Shown piece by piece: positions 26,458 to 36,374 of a stretch of 64,000 bases of DNA. Each line of letters starts with the position of its first letter. Positions within the stretch are counted from its first letter, which is position 1. Source of the stretch: a bacterium (GTDB taxonomy: Bacteria; Desulfobacterota; DSWW01); the NCBI GenBank assembly GCA_028277985.1, contig JANQFG010000119.1, forward strand, positions 3,911-67,910, in the 5' to 3' direction. The notes under the pieces are model-generated. The model worked only from the letters and a program-made list of their open reading frames with translations. It was not told the origin of the DNA and made no database searches. The position numbers were made by a program, and so were the translations under genes.

Positions 26458-29403
26458 ATGGAGGTACCAACTTCGCAAAACGAGGAAGTCGCCAGGCGGC
26501 AAGACGAGCCCCTCGAGACGAAGCTTGCCCTGATCGTGGGTGAAGCGAACGTGCTGCATGCTCCGGAGCAACTGGCCGGGTACTTCGCCGACCCTGTGGA
26601 CACGGACCGGATCGCAGCGGTCCGGCCAGGCAGTACGGAGGAGGTTCAGGCGGTGGTGCGGCTCGCCGGGGAAGCCGGCTGGGCTGTCTACACATTGAAC
26701 GACCGCACCCTGCGGACCGCCCCCGAGGTGCGACCGGGCATTCTCCTGGACTTCTGCCGGATGACGGCCATAGAGAAGATGGACAAGCGGAACCTCCTGG
26801 TCCATGTACAGCGAGGCCTTACCTTCGAAGCACTGAAGAAGGAGCTGGACGAGCTGGACCTGAAGCTCGCAGGCCCCCTGGCAGCCACGTCCGACTCGGT
26901 CCTCTGCAACTTCGTGAACCGGGCGCCCCACAAGAAGGCGACCTTGTACGCCGAGCCCCATGTATACAACATGCAGGTCGTTCTGGCGGACGGGAATCTC
27001 TTTCGCACGGGCAGCCACGGCCTGAACGAGATGAATGACTGCCGTGAGGACGGAGGACCCAGCCTGAGTCGTTGGCACGTAGGCTCAGAAGACGTTTTCG
27101 GTGTCGTGACGAGGGCCACGGTCTGGGTCTATCCGAAGACAGAGTGCCGGGATGTGCTGCTCTTCGGTTTCGATGACCTGGAGGATGTGGTGACGGCCCT
27201 GCGGAACGGGCCGCGCACGGAGCGGGGCTGGGAGTACTTCGCAGTGAACCGCCGCTTCCTGGCTTCCTTGCTCGGAACCGATGCCTCGGATGCGCCGGCC
27301 TGGACTCTGGTCGTAGGCTTTGACGGCCGGCAGATGCTCGTCGAATACCAGAAGAAGAAGACCGCTGAGATGATTCCCACCTTCGGGGGCAAACCTCTCG
27401 AGGCCTACGAAAAAGAGATGCTCGCCCTCCTCGATGAGGTGTGGTACCAGGCTTCCCCGCTCCACACGGGCTTCTACGCCGACTGCGCACGGATCAAGGA
27501 GCTGGACGATCTTGTGCAGGAACATGTCGCAAAGGCAGGCGTCCCCCCCGAGGAGATCGGCCAATGTATCCTCTCCGTGAACCGGGGCCGCTGCCTCTAT
27601 TCTCAATACGATGTCTTTGCGGAATCGTCGAAGCACCCGGGCATGCTGGACGCCCTCGAGAGCAAGCTCGCATCCGGCGGGGCTTTCTACGACCGCCCCC
27701 AGGGAGACCTGGCCGGACAGGTCATCGACAGTGTGCCCAACCTTCGCGAGCATCTTCGGACCGTCAAGGCCGTAACGGATCCGAAAGGAACTCTCAACCC
27801 CGGCCGCTACGTTTCGCTCGAGGATTCCGGCTACACGCCACTTTCCGTGGCCTTGGACACGTCTGAGGACACCGGAGTCACGGAGGGCAACATCCTCACC
27901 GTGGAGGAAAAGCTCAAGGAGGCCATCGGCGAGAAGTGGGTCACGGCAAACCCTGCCGACCTCTCGGTCTACGGAAGGGATTTCACGGTCTACTCGGGGG
28001 AGCGCCCCAACATCGTGGTTCTGCCCGAGACTACCGAAGATGTCCAGAAGGTGATGCGAATCGCCTACGAGCACAAGATACCGGTGGTACCCCTTACCAC
28101 CGGGTTCAATCACGGAGGGCTTACGGTCCCACGCAAAGGCGGGATACTGGTCGACTTGAAGCGCATGAACCGCCTCGTGGCAATCGATGAAGAGACCCTC
28201 ACGGCGAGCTTCGAGCCGGGCGTGCGGATGAGGAACCTCTGGCAGGAATGCCAGAAGGTAACCACCTACGAAGACCTCAGACTCAAACCGATCCTTCCGC
28301 TGACCTTTGGCAGCGTCTCCCTTCTCAGCAATTACGTTTCGCGGGGAGGCCCTGGCAGTGCCCTGAAATACGGGTTCGGGTCGGACCTGACCGTGAACAT
28401 GACCTGGGTTCTGCCCAACGGCGAGATCCTGCGCACCGGGCCCTCTTCCGTTCCCGGGGTCGGCAATCTGGGGGTCAATTGGGGACCCGGCCCGGATATC
28501 TCCGGCATGTTCTTCAACGCGGACGGCGCCTACGGAATCTGCACGCAGCTGACGGCCAAACTCTACCCGGACATGCATTGCGAAGAGCGTATCCAGACGG
28601 GAATCTTCGACGAAGACCCGGAGGGTATCGAGAAGGCCTGCAATGCAGTCTACGACTTCTCGCAAGAACACCTGGTCGAATTCATGTATAAGACCCACCC
28701 CGGCACCATAGCGGTGGGTATAGGCGGCATCCTCGGCATGGAACCGCATGAGCTGCTGCCCATGACACCGAAGCAGCCTTTGTTCCTGCTCGTGACCGGC
28801 ATGGACGAAGAAGAGATCCGGGTTCGTGCCGAGCTCACCGAGGAGGTGCTGGCCCGCAACGGAGTCATGGTTGTGGATCCGAGTATGCTGCCGCCGGAAC
28901 TCAACGAAATGGTCTCCACGGATCCTCTCAAGGCAAGCCTGGGTGTTGAAAACAACACGGTGGGGACCCACCGCGGTGCCTTCCAGTGGCAGGCCGGGTA
29001 TGTCTCGGTGGACACGGTCCCTATCCTCACCATGGCCTACAAGAAGCTGATCAAGAAATACTGGAAGACCTCGGACGCAAAGGCCACTATGGAGAGCTCT
29101 CTGACCGGAACCGTGATCCAGGGACCTCTTCCGTATTCCCGGATAGGCACGATCGAGTTCGACTACTGGTGGGACCAGGGCAATCCGGAAGATGTGAAAC
29201 GGGCTAGCATCATGCTCCGCAAGACCACGGAGCTCTTGCTCGATCATGGGGGCATACCGATCCGGAACATGTTCGGATTCGGGGAGCTCCTGATGCCCCG
29301 GCTGGGCGTGTACCATGACCTCGTGAAGAAGATGCGCAAGGCCTTTGACCCGGCCAACCTGATGCACCCGGACGTGCTTCCCGCCACGGACGATTATGTG
29401 TAG
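26458..29403 (+). CDS. Fused double FAD-binding (VAO/PCMH-type, GlcE/GlcD-like) oxidoreductase
   Basis: 981 aa with two tandem modules of about 470-490 aa. Each opens with a FAD_binding_4-like segment (AAVRPGSTEEVQAVVRLAGEAGWAV ; VVLPETTEDVQKVMRIAYEHKIPVVPLTTGFNHGG). AAAAGGAG RBS. Confidence 0.8.
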   Translation: MEVPTSQNEEVARRQDEPLETKLALIVGEANVLHAPEQLAGYFADPVDTDRIAAVRPGSTEEVQAVVRLAGEAGWAVYTLNDRTLRTAPEVRPGILLDFCRMTAIEKMDKRNLLVHVQRGLTFEALKKELDELDLKLAGPLAATSDSVLCNFVNRAPHKKATLYAEPHVYNMQVVLADGNLFRTGSHGLNEMNDCREDGGPSLSRWHVGSEDVFGVVTRATVWVYPKTECRDVLLFGFDDLEDVVTALRNGPRTERGWEYFAVNRRFLASLLGTDASDAPAWTLVVGFDGRQMLVEYQKKKTAEMIPTFGGKPLEAYEKEMLALLDEVWYQASPLHTGFYADCARIKELDDLVQEHVAKAGVPPEEIGQCILSVNRGRCLYSQYDVFAESSKHPGMLDALESKLASGGAFYDRPQGDLAGQVIDSVPNLREHLRTVKAVTDPKGTLNPGRYVSLEDSGYTPLSVALDTSEDTGVTEGNILTVEEKLKEAIGEKWVTANPADLSVYGRDFTVYSGERPNIVVLPETTEDVQKVMRIAYEHKIPVVPLTTGFNHGGLTVPRKGGILVDLKRMNRLVAIDEETLTASFEPGVRMRNLWQECQKVTTYEDLRLKPILPLTFGSVSLLSNYVSRGGPGSALKYGFGSDLTVNMTWVLPNGEILRTGPSSVPGVGNLGVNWGPGPDISGMFFNADGAYGICTQLTAKLYPDMHCEERIQTGIFDEDPEGIEKACNAVYDFSQEHLVEFMYKTHPGTIAVGIGGILGMEPHELLPMTPKQPLFLLVTGMDEEEIRVRAELTEEVLARNGVMVVDPSMLPPELNEMVSTDPLKASLGVENNTVGTHRGAFQWQAGYVSVDTVPILTMAYKKLIKKYWKTSDAKATMESSLTGTVIQGPLPYSRIGTIEFDYWWDQGNPEDVKRASIMLRKTTELLLDHGGIPIRNMFGFGELLMPRLGVYHDLVKKMRKAFDPANLMHPDVLPATDDYV

Positions 29404-29455
29404 ACAAGGTGAAAGGGAAGGAAGACCTGAGCGCTAGTTGAAAGGGAGGATGAAG

Positions 29456-30697
29456 ATGGCAAAGGACGCCAAGGTCGCACAGAATATCAAGCCCCTGATG
29501 GAATACCGGAACGAAGCGTGGAAGTGCTGGAAGTGTGGATTCTGTCGGATGAGCAATCCCGACGAGCAGAAAACCCACAAGTATTCGGACAACTGCCCCC
29601 GGGGCACCCGCTTCCGGTTCGATTCGTTCTACGGCGTAGGCACGCAGGAGCTGGTCCGCGCACTCACTTGTGATCCGCCGGAACTGGATATCAACGATCC
29701 TGCTGTGGCGGAAAGGATCCGGGAGATCGTCTACACCTGCACCCAGTGCGGGGGATGTCAGACCAACTGTAACCCGACCAAGCATCTCGAACCTGCCAAT
29801 GCCTCGATCGCCCTGAGGAACTGGCTCGTGGAGCAGGGGCTGGGGCCCCTCGACGAACACCAACCCCTGGTCAAGAGCATCATGAACTACGACAACCCCT
29901 GGATGCAGCCTCGGGCGGCACGGGCCAAGTGGGCCAAGAAGAAGAAGACGATCAAGGACGCATCCAAGGAAGAGGTGGAGGTCCTCTACTACCCGGGCTG
30001 CACCGCCTCCTACGACCCGGTCATCCAGCCGGTTGCCGGCTGGGTGACCGAAGTTCTGGAAAAGGCGGACGTGGACTTCGGCATCCTTGGCAAGAACGAG
30101 ATCTGCTGCGGGTCGACCGTCCTGAGAGTGGGCGACGAAGACAACTTCCGGAAGATCCGGGCCAAGAACCTGGAGTCCCTGAACGCCACCTCTGCCAAGA
30201 CGATCGTAACGGCGTGTGCGGGCTGTTTCAGCACCTTCAGCCATGAATACAAAGAGGACCTGAACGCACCGGTCAAGCACATCGTCGAATTCGTGGACGA
30301 GCTCATCCAGGAAGGCAAGCTTACCTTTACGAAGAGCCTCGACCTGGACGTAACCTATCATGACCCGTGTCACGTGGGTCGTTACTGCGGCACCTACGAT
30401 GCTCCCCGCAACATCCTGAAGGCCCTGCCCGGGGTTACCGTGACGGAGATGCAGCGGATTCGGGAGTGGAGCTGGTGCTGCGGCGCGGGCGGAGGATGCA
30501 GGACCGCCTTTCCGGAGGATATCGCAGGCTTTGCTGCGGAGGCGAGGCTCGAGGAAGCCTCCGAGACAGGGGCCAAGACCCTGGTGACCTGCTGTCCCTT
30601 CTGCGAGCAGAACCTTGGAGAGGGCGCCAAGCGTACCTTCGAGCGCTTCGGCATGGAGGTACGGGATATCATGGAACTGGTCTACCAGGCGTTGTAG
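29456..30697 (+). CDS. GlcF/HdrD-like iron-sulfur protein with two CCG domains
   Basis: Ferredoxin-type Cys clusters (CWKCGFC, CTQCGGCQTNC) plus CCG-type motifs (ICCGS, ACAGC, DPCH, WCCGAGGG, CCPFC). AAAGGGAGG RBS 6 nt before the ATG at 29456. Confidence 0.85.
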   Translation: MAKDAKVAQNIKPLMEYRNEAWKCWKCGFCRMSNPDEQKTHKYSDNCPRGTRFRFDSFYGVGTQELVRALTCDPPELDINDPAVAERIREIVYTCTQCGGCQTNCNPTKHLEPANASIALRNWLVEQGLGPLDEHQPLVKSIMNYDNPWMQPRAARAKWAKKKKTIKDASKEEVEVLYYPGCTASYDPVIQPVAGWVTEVLEKADVDFGILGKNEICCGSTVLRVGDEDNFRKIRAKNLESLNATSAKTIVTACAGCFSTFSHEYKEDLNAPVKHIVEFVDELIQEGKLTFTKSLDLDVTYHDPCHVGRYCGTYDAPRNILKALPGVTVTEMQRIREWSWCCGAGGGCRTAFPEDIAGFAAEARLEEASETGAKTLVTCCPFCEQNLGEGAKRTFERFGMEVRDIMELVYQAL

Positions 30698-30698
30698 G

Positions 30699-31676
30699 AT
30701 GACCGATCCGTCGCCTACCGTCGCCTTTGCACCACCCGATCCGTCCTTTGACAAGAGGTTCGGCTGGATCGCCTTTGGCCTGCTCTTCCTGGTCATCCTT
30801 GTCTCCACCTATGTTCATCATCTTGAGCCTCAACTCCTGAAGGTGCCGGACAACACGGACATCGCCTCCTGGACGAATCCGACCTTCGAACAGACGGTCC
30901 TTTACGACCGGTTGACCGATGATGCCAAGGCGAAGCTCCTGTCCGAGGGGGTTCCACAAGGCGACGATCTGCTATTCCAGTTCCTGGTCATGGACCTGTT
31001 CACGGTGCTGCTAGGTTGGATCTGCTTCCGTCACGCGAACAAGTACTTCGGTTTCTGGATGGCCTCCTGTTTCCTGATCGGTTCGTTCGTGTTCACAGGG
31101 CTCGAGGAGTCCATGTGGATCCTTCTCGGACGATTCCAGCCGGGGACCACGTCCAGCCCGGTGGGCGAACCGGTCTACGGGACCTACTGGTTCACAAAGG
31201 GAGGCTTCTGGTTTCTCGAGACACCGATTACCGCCTGCATCGGCTGGTTCTTTCTCGCTTATTCCTGCGTGCTGGTGGCCGGTAAGGTCTTCCCGAACAT
31301 GGGTCTCACGGGCAGGGCCACCGTGGGTGGGCTCATCGCCATGGGAATCGATCTGTGGATGGATCCGATCGCCACCTCCCCGGAGCTGATGAACTGGGTC
31401 TGGGCAAAAGGGGACGTGCTGCTCATCCTCGGCATACCCCACACGAACTTCGTGGGCTGGTTTCTGCTGATCTTCCTGTTCGCCATCTTCTGGGAGAACC
31501 TCCCCCGGTTCGAGCAGAGGTGGGGGCGGGCGAAAGCGACGGCCTTGTTCTATGCGATGATATTCGGCACCGAGATCGCCATCCTGCTCTTCTTCGTGGT
31601 CTGGATCCAGATCCTGGGCAACCTCTTCTCCCTGGCAGGGATCGACCATACGGTGGCGATCCCGAAAGGCTGGTAG
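30699..31676 (+). CDS. Polytopic membrane protein, paralogue P1 (tentatively CruF/DUF422, PF04240-like)
   Basis: 325 aa with about 7 hydrophobic segments. Motifs DLWMDPIATSPE and GIPHTNFVGWFLLIF. The ATG lies 2 nt after the stop of the previous gene. Confidence 0.7.
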   Translation: MTDPSPTVAFAPPDPSFDKRFGWIAFGLLFLVILVSTYVHHLEPQLLKVPDNTDIASWTNPTFEQTVLYDRLTDDAKAKLLSEGVPQGDDLLFQFLVMDLFTVLLGWICFRHANKYFGFWMASCFLIGSFVFTGLEESMWILLGRFQPGTTSSPVGEPVYGTYWFTKGGFWFLETPITACIGWFFLAYSCVLVAGKVFPNMGLTGRATVGGLIAMGIDLWMDPIATSPELMNWVWAKGDVLLILGIPHTNFVGWFLLIFLFAIFWENLPRFEQRWGRAKATALFYAMIFGTEIAILLFFVVWIQILGNLFSLAGIDHTVAIPKGW

Positions 31677-31700
31677 TCCCGGGGGCCAAAGGAGCACCGC

Positions 31701-31937
31701 ATGTGGAAGAAGATCTGGCAGAATCGACTGGAATTCTATCCCTACCTGTCCATCTTTCTCTTCTGGTTCCTCGGCTCCTTTGCGAGCTCCTTTCAGGTCC
31801 AGAACCGGCCCGGGATCTTCGCCCTGGGCGTCGTTACGATCCCTTCGATCCTTCTCATCGCGATCGCGACTGTTCGGACATACAGAGAACTCCCTTGGCG
31901 AGATGATGACCGAGAACAGCCGCTCTACACGGACTAA
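31701..31937 (+). CDS. Small (78 aa) two-TM membrane protein
   Basis: AAAGGAG RBS 6 nt upstream of the ATG and two clear hydrophobic helices. It sits between paralogues P1 and P2. Confidence 0.5.
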   Translation: MWKKIWQNRLEFYPYLSIFLFWFLGSFASSFQVQNRPGIFALGVVTIPSILLIAIATVRTYRELPWRDDDREQPLYTD

Positions 31938-32880
31938 ACCAACCTCCCTCCCGTACGACCGGCGGTTTGGGGTCGTTGCGTATGGGCTCCTGCTCCTGAT
32001 CATTCTCTTCTCCACCTACCTCCACCATCTCCAACCGCAGGTGCTTCGCGTCCCGGACAATGGTGACCCGGCCGCCTGGCACAATCCTGCCCTGGACGAG
32101 ACCGTTCTTGTGGAGAGGATGACAGATACCGAGAAGATGCAGTTCCTCGAGGAAGGGGTCCCCTTCGGTGAGGACCTGCCTGCTCAGTTCGCCGCCGACC
32201 TGTTCACCATCTTGCTCGGCTGGATCTGCTTCCTCCATGCGCGCAGGCATTTCGGTTTTTGGATGGCCTCCTGCTTCCTGATCGGCTCCTTCGTGTTCAC
32301 CGGCCTGGAAGAGACCCTGTGGATCCTTTCGGGACGATTCCTCGGAGGAATGGTGAACAATCCGCTGGGCGAAACAGTCACCGGCGCGTACTGGTTCACC
32401 CGGGGAGGCTGCTGGTTCCTGGAGACCCCGGTCGTGGCCTGTCTCGGCTGGTTCTTCATCGCCTACAGCTGTGTGCTCACGGCCGGGAAGGTCTTCCCGA
32501 GAATGGGGCTCTGGGGACGGGCCTTTGTGGGTGCGATGATCGCGGTCGGAGTCGACCTGTGGATGGACCCGATCCAGACGGCACCGGAGATCATGGCATG
32601 GGTATGGGGCCGGGGCGATGTCCTGTACCTTTTCGGCATTCCACACTACAACTTCCTCGGCTGGTTCCTGCTGATCTTCTTGTTCGCCGTCTTATGGGAG
32701 AAACTCCCGCAAATGGAAGACCGATGGGGGCGGCCCCGCGCCACGATCCGCTTCGTCTCGATCATCCTGACCCTTCCCTTTGGGATTCTCTTCTGCCTCT
32801 GGGCATGGATCTATGGTGTAGGCCTCGCGTTTTCCCTGGCGGGTCTTGAACATGCGGTGAGCATACCGGCAGGCTGGTAG
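31903..32880 (+). CDS. Polytopic membrane protein, paralogue P2 (tandem duplicate of P1)
   Basis: 325 aa, the same length as P1, and collinear with it. By eye about two-thirds of residues are identical (for example GFWMASCFLIGSFVFTGLEE, DLWMDPIQTAPE, GIPHYNFLGWFLLIFLFA). Confidence 0.7.
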   Translation: MMTENSRSTRTKPTSLPYDRRFGVVAYGLLLLIILFSTYLHHLQPQVLRVPDNGDPAAWHNPALDETVLVERMTDTEKMQFLEEGVPFGEDLPAQFAADLFTILLGWICFLHARRHFGFWMASCFLIGSFVFTGLEETLWILSGRFLGGMVNNPLGETVTGAYWFTRGGCWFLETPVVACLGWFFIAYSCVLTAGKVFPRMGLWGRAFVGAMIAVGVDLWMDPIQTAPEIMAWVWGRGDVLYLFGIPHYNFLGWFLLIFLFAVLWEKLPQMEDRWGRPRATIRFVSIILTLPFGILFCLWAWIYGVGLAFSLAGLEHAVSIPAGW

Positions 32881-32904
32881 TGTGGGGGAATAATTGGGCC
32901 CTTG

Positions 32905-33726
32905 TCAGTCCACGCTCATGCGTTCGAACTGCTTGCCCATCATCTTGGTAACCCCACGATAGAGGAACGGTGCAAATCGCTTGAAGCCGTAAATGACCTT
33001 CATCTCCGGCCCAGGGATGATCATGAACTTGTTCTTCTGCACCGCCTTGAGGATATCCTTGGCGCAGGCCTCTTTCGAGATGCCGAGCCAGGAAGGCAGA
33101 TCGTCTCCCTTCGGCACGTCCTTTAGGCCCCTCGCCTCGGTAGAGTCGAAAATGTTCGTCCGAACGAAGCCCGGGCATACGACGGTTACACCGATCCCGA
33201 ATCGGGCAAGCTCGTTCCGCAGCACCTCCGAAAGTCCGACGAGCCCGGACTTCGTTGTCGTGTACCCCGACATACACGAACTGGCGATAAGTCCTGCAGA
33301 GGAGGATACGTTGACGATATGGCCGCTTTTCTGCTCAACCATGTGGGGCAGGGCAAAATGAATCCCGTAAATCGGCCCCCAGAGGTTGATGCCCACGATC
33401 CACTCCCAGTCCTGCAGGCTCATGTGTCTCATCTCCCCGCTCATCCCCACGCCCGCGTTGTTCATCAGGATGTCGATCCTGCCGAAGGTGTCGAGCGTCT
33501 TCTCGATCATCTGTTCGATCTGCTCCGGCTTGGAGACATCCACACCGAGGGCCATCGCCTTTCGGCCCTTCGCCTCGATGGCCGCTACGGTCTCGGCCAG
33601 CCCGGCTTCGTTCACGTCCGAGACGACAAGGTTCGCCCCTTTGTCGGCAAATTCGACTGCGGTTGCCTGTCCGATTCCGCTGGCGGCGCCGGTAACAACG
33701 GCGATCTTGTCTCTCAGGTTTCTCAT
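32905..33726 (-). CDS. Short-chain dehydrogenase/reductase (SDR)
   Basis: TGAASGIGQA cofactor motif, NNAG, and a catalytic S...Y..TK pattern (YTTTK). Confidence 0.9.
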   Translation of the reverse strand: MRNLRDKIAVVTGAASGIGQATAVEFADKGANLVVSDVNEAGLAETVAAIEAKGRKAMALGVDVSKPEQIEQMIEKTLDTFGRIDILMNNAGVGMSGEMRHMSLQDWEWIVGINLWGPIYGIHFALPHMVEQKSGHIVNVSSSAGLIASSCMSGYTTTKSGLVGLSEVLRNELARFGIGVTVVCPGFVRTNIFDSTEARGLKDVPKGDDLPSWLGISKEACAKDILKAVQKNKFMIIPGPEMKVIYGFKRFAPFLYRGVTKMMGKQFERMSVD

Positions 33727-33745
33727 CGTAACCTCGTCGACCCAA

Positions 33746-34591
33746 TCATGCGTCCTGCAGATATTTCTTGGAGAAACGGGGCATCTGCCGTATCCACAAT
33801 TCGAAGAGACCGGGAGAATACCGTTTGAACATATGCGAGTATTTTGTCATGGCGTCGGTAATCACGAATCCTTTGTTCTTCTTCACAGCCTTTATGACGA
33901 TCCGGGCGAATTTGTCAGGAGTCATTCCTTTGAACATGTTCAGAGCATCCCTCGCCTTTTCGTCGAAGCCCTTCAACTCGGCGTTCTTGAAGATATCGGT
34001 CTCAACAACCCCGCCGCACAATGTGGTAACGCCCACGTTGTGTTGCGCCACTTCGGCTCTGAGACACTCGGTCATGCCGACGAGGGCAAACTTGGATGTA
34101 CTGTAGGTGGTGTTGTACGGCGCACCGGTCAAACCGAAACCGGAGGAGTTGACAACAAGATGCCCTTCCCTTCGCTCCACCATAGGCCTCACGAAATGCC
34201 GGACCACATGAACGGCGCCATAGAAGTTCACGTTCATGACCTTTTCCCAGTCCGCCTTCTCCAACAGGTGGGTTTGGGCATTCAGGGCAATCCCGGCGTT
34301 GCTGAAGGCGATATCAACCTTACCGAACTCGGCAAACGCTTTTTTCGACAAGGCCTCGACATCTTCCTCTTTTCCCACATCCGTCGGCACGGCCAGCGCT
34401 CGACGCCCCTTGGCCCTGATTTGATCTGCCACCTCTTCGAGCTCGGCCTCCCGCCGGGCACAGATCACTACATCGCAACCTTCATCGGCAAAGGCCAGCG
34501 CGGTGGCTTTTCCAATACCTCCGCTTGCTCCGGTTACCATCGCGACTCTGCCCTGCAAATTCTTCATTTCTCCTTGACTCCTTTTCTTCAT
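33746..34591 (-). CDS. Short-chain dehydrogenase/reductase (SDR)
   Basis: TGASGGIGKA, SNAG and YSTSK motifs. It lies in tandem with the preceding SDR gene. Confidence 0.9.
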   Translation of the reverse strand: MKKRSQGEMKNLQGRVAMVTGASGGIGKATALAFADEGCDVVICARREAELEEVADQIRAKGRRALAVPTDVGKEEDVEALSKKAFAEFGKVDIAFSNAGIALNAQTHLLEKADWEKVMNVNFYGAVHVVRHFVRPMVERREGHLVVNSSGFGLTGAPYNTTYSTSKFALVGMTECLRAEVAQHNVGVTTLCGGVVETDIFKNAELKGFDEKARDALNMFKGMTPDKFARIVIKAVKKNKGFVITDAMTKYSHMFKRYSPGLFELWIRQMPRFSKKYLQDA

Positions 34592-34772
34592 ATTCGTCGA
34601 GGTCTAAAAAGGCCCGAATTCTTAATGGGATGGAGCAGTATACTGAAGATAAGAATTGGGGGTCAATGGAAAGAGACGTTCAAAAAACTTGAATCGCGGT
34701 CAAGTGGTTCTGGAATCGGACAGGGACCTGCGCTAAAATGACCGCAAACCAACCGGATGGGGGACATTGTTC

Positions 34773-36092
34773 ATGATGCTATACACACCGGAAGAACTCG
34801 CATCCGAAACCCGACCACTCTCCGGCATGGCCCTGGAGGCGCTCCAACAGGGGAACCTGAACGAGGTGCGCTTTCTTCTTGGACGCATGGCGGTCGGGCA
34901 TTTCGAGCTCTATGTCGGCTATGTCGACTGGGTCACGCGTATGGGAGGGAAGATCCTTCGGGATTTCGGTAACGCCTACTTCGAAAGCACCTCGGAAAGG
35001 ATTGCCCGGTATCTGATGGCCCCCTATGCAGAGGCCCTCGAGGGGGGGAGCGAGAAACAGACCATCGCAGATATCATGACGATCTGGTGCCACCAGTTGG
35101 GCAGGATCGATCCTTACGGAGAAACGAAGAACGAGCTCGCCTTTTCCCTGGTTCCTTGCGGATCGGGCGGCAGGCTGGTGCTGGGAGGACTCTATGAGGC
35201 ATCGCCTCAGAAGTATCCACTCCTACCGGACGACACGCCCCTTTTCTGCCGGATCTGTCAACACCTTCAAGCGGCCCTGAACGAACAGGCGGGAAAGGAC
35301 TTCTGGCATGCCGTACCGGAGCGTGAGCGCCCCGGATTCTGCCGGATGAGCTTTTCCAAGCACGAAACGAGAGGAGCGTTCCTGTTCTCTCCTGACGAGA
35401 CTTCCCGACTCATCACGCCTCGCTGCCAGCAGGCCTTGAACCTGTTGGACGTCCACAACCTCGAAATAGAGCACCTGCTAAGAGACCAGCATACGGAATG
35501 GCGCCCCTTGCACGACCTTCTCAACCTCTGGGTAACGGCCCTGTTCTCCGTAATCTACGAGGAAAAAGGGATGCAGTACCTGTCCGAGCTGGTCTGGGAA
35601 ACCTATGTCACCATGTTCGAGTCCACGTACCGGATGTACAGTTCCTTGGACACCAGGAGCCTCTTCAGAAATCTGGTTCGGATGTGGTACTACCATCAGG
35701 CGACCTTCCATGTTACCGAAGAGGAAGACCGTTTCGCATTCCATCTCGACCCCTGCGGAAGCGGGGGCCGCCTGTATCGAGGGGAGGTGCTGATCCCCGG
35801 GGCCTACCGGTACGGGGACGGGTTGCTTACCGAGAGCCGCGAACCGGACGACATCACGTTTCAACGTGCCCCGTTTCCCATCTACTGCATTCATTGCGCC
35901 GCAACAAACAGGGATCAATTCGAGGGGAAACCTTGGTCTTTCGTGATCGAAGGCGCAGCCATGTCCGACCCCTCGAAACCGTGTATTCAGTATCTCTACA
36001 AGAAAGACTCGCCTCGCGTTGCTCAGGCCCACCTTCTGGAGGAGGTGGGCCTCGGCGAGTCAAAACCCCTGGACAAGGAATATGTGCTATGA
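34773..36092 (+). CDS. Hypothetical protein with an internal duplication, each half carrying a PCGSGGRL motif and a CxxC pair
   Basis: Half 1: AFSLVPCGSGGRLVLG...FCRICQH. Half 2: FAFHLDPCGSGGRLYRG...YCIHCAA. GGATGGGGGA RBS. I recognised no family. Confidence 0.7.
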   Translation: MMLYTPEELASETRPLSGMALEALQQGNLNEVRFLLGRMAVGHFELYVGYVDWVTRMGGKILRDFGNAYFESTSERIARYLMAPYAEALEGGSEKQTIADIMTIWCHQLGRIDPYGETKNELAFSLVPCGSGGRLVLGGLYEASPQKYPLLPDDTPLFCRICQHLQAALNEQAGKDFWHAVPERERPGFCRMSFSKHETRGAFLFSPDETSRLITPRCQQALNLLDVHNLEIEHLLRDQHTEWRPLHDLLNLWVTALFSVIYEEKGMQYLSELVWETYVTMFESTYRMYSSLDTRSLFRNLVRMWYYHQATFHVTEEEDRFAFHLDPCGSGGRLYRGEVLIPGAYRYGDGLLTESREPDDITFQRAPFPIYCIHCAATNRDQFEGKPWSFVIEGAAMSDPSKPCIQYLYKKDSPRVAQAHLLEEVGLGESKPLDKEYVL

Positions 36093-36361
36093 GTCTTTTG
36101 AGCGAACTGATCGGGACCTTTCTGATGTTTCTCGGCTTCATCGGGATTCTTGCCGGGAGTATGCTCTACCGAATGAAGCAGGAAGATTTGGGAAAGATGT
36201 ACATGACAGCCACCATGACGGCCGGGGGGGAGATGTCGGACGCGCCCATGGTGCGCTTCCTGACGCAAGTGCGGGGAAACGACTCGCTGAAGAGGACCAG
36301 GGCCCTGCAGTTCCTTCTGGGCGGACTCCTTGCAGCCGTCCTGGGAGCGTGGCTCGCCTGA
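36089..36361 (+). CDS. Small (90 aa) two-TM membrane protein
   Basis: Its ATG overlaps the stop of the previous gene (ATGA). There are hydrophobic helices at both ends. Confidence 0.5.
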   Translation: MSLLSELIGTFLMFLGFIGILAGSMLYRMKQEDLGKMYMTATMTAGGEMSDAPMVRFLTQVRGNDSLKRTRALQFLLGGLLAAVLGAWLA

Positions 36362-36374
36362 AAGGAGACAAGAA

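Noticed and set aside
25019-30808. Very long minus-strand ORFs (25019-26386, 27085-29367, 29210-30808) opposite the CoA ligase, flavoprotein and CCG-protein genes
   Set aside because: These are antisense shadows. They have no domain signatures and a biased R/G/P/H composition. The plus-strand ORFs carry clear family motifs and RBSs. The same reasoning rejects 8438-9409(-), 10460-11719(-), 18509-19504(-), 19505-20494(-), 21437-22456(+), 40695-41909(+), 39504-40667(+), 50685-51575(+) and 56656-57405(+).
33386-34741. 451-aa plus-strand ORF spanning two SDR genes
   Set aside because: It crosses the junction of two clearly motif-bearing minus-strand SDR genes (TGxxxGIG, NNAG/SNAG, YxxxK) and has no motifs of its own.
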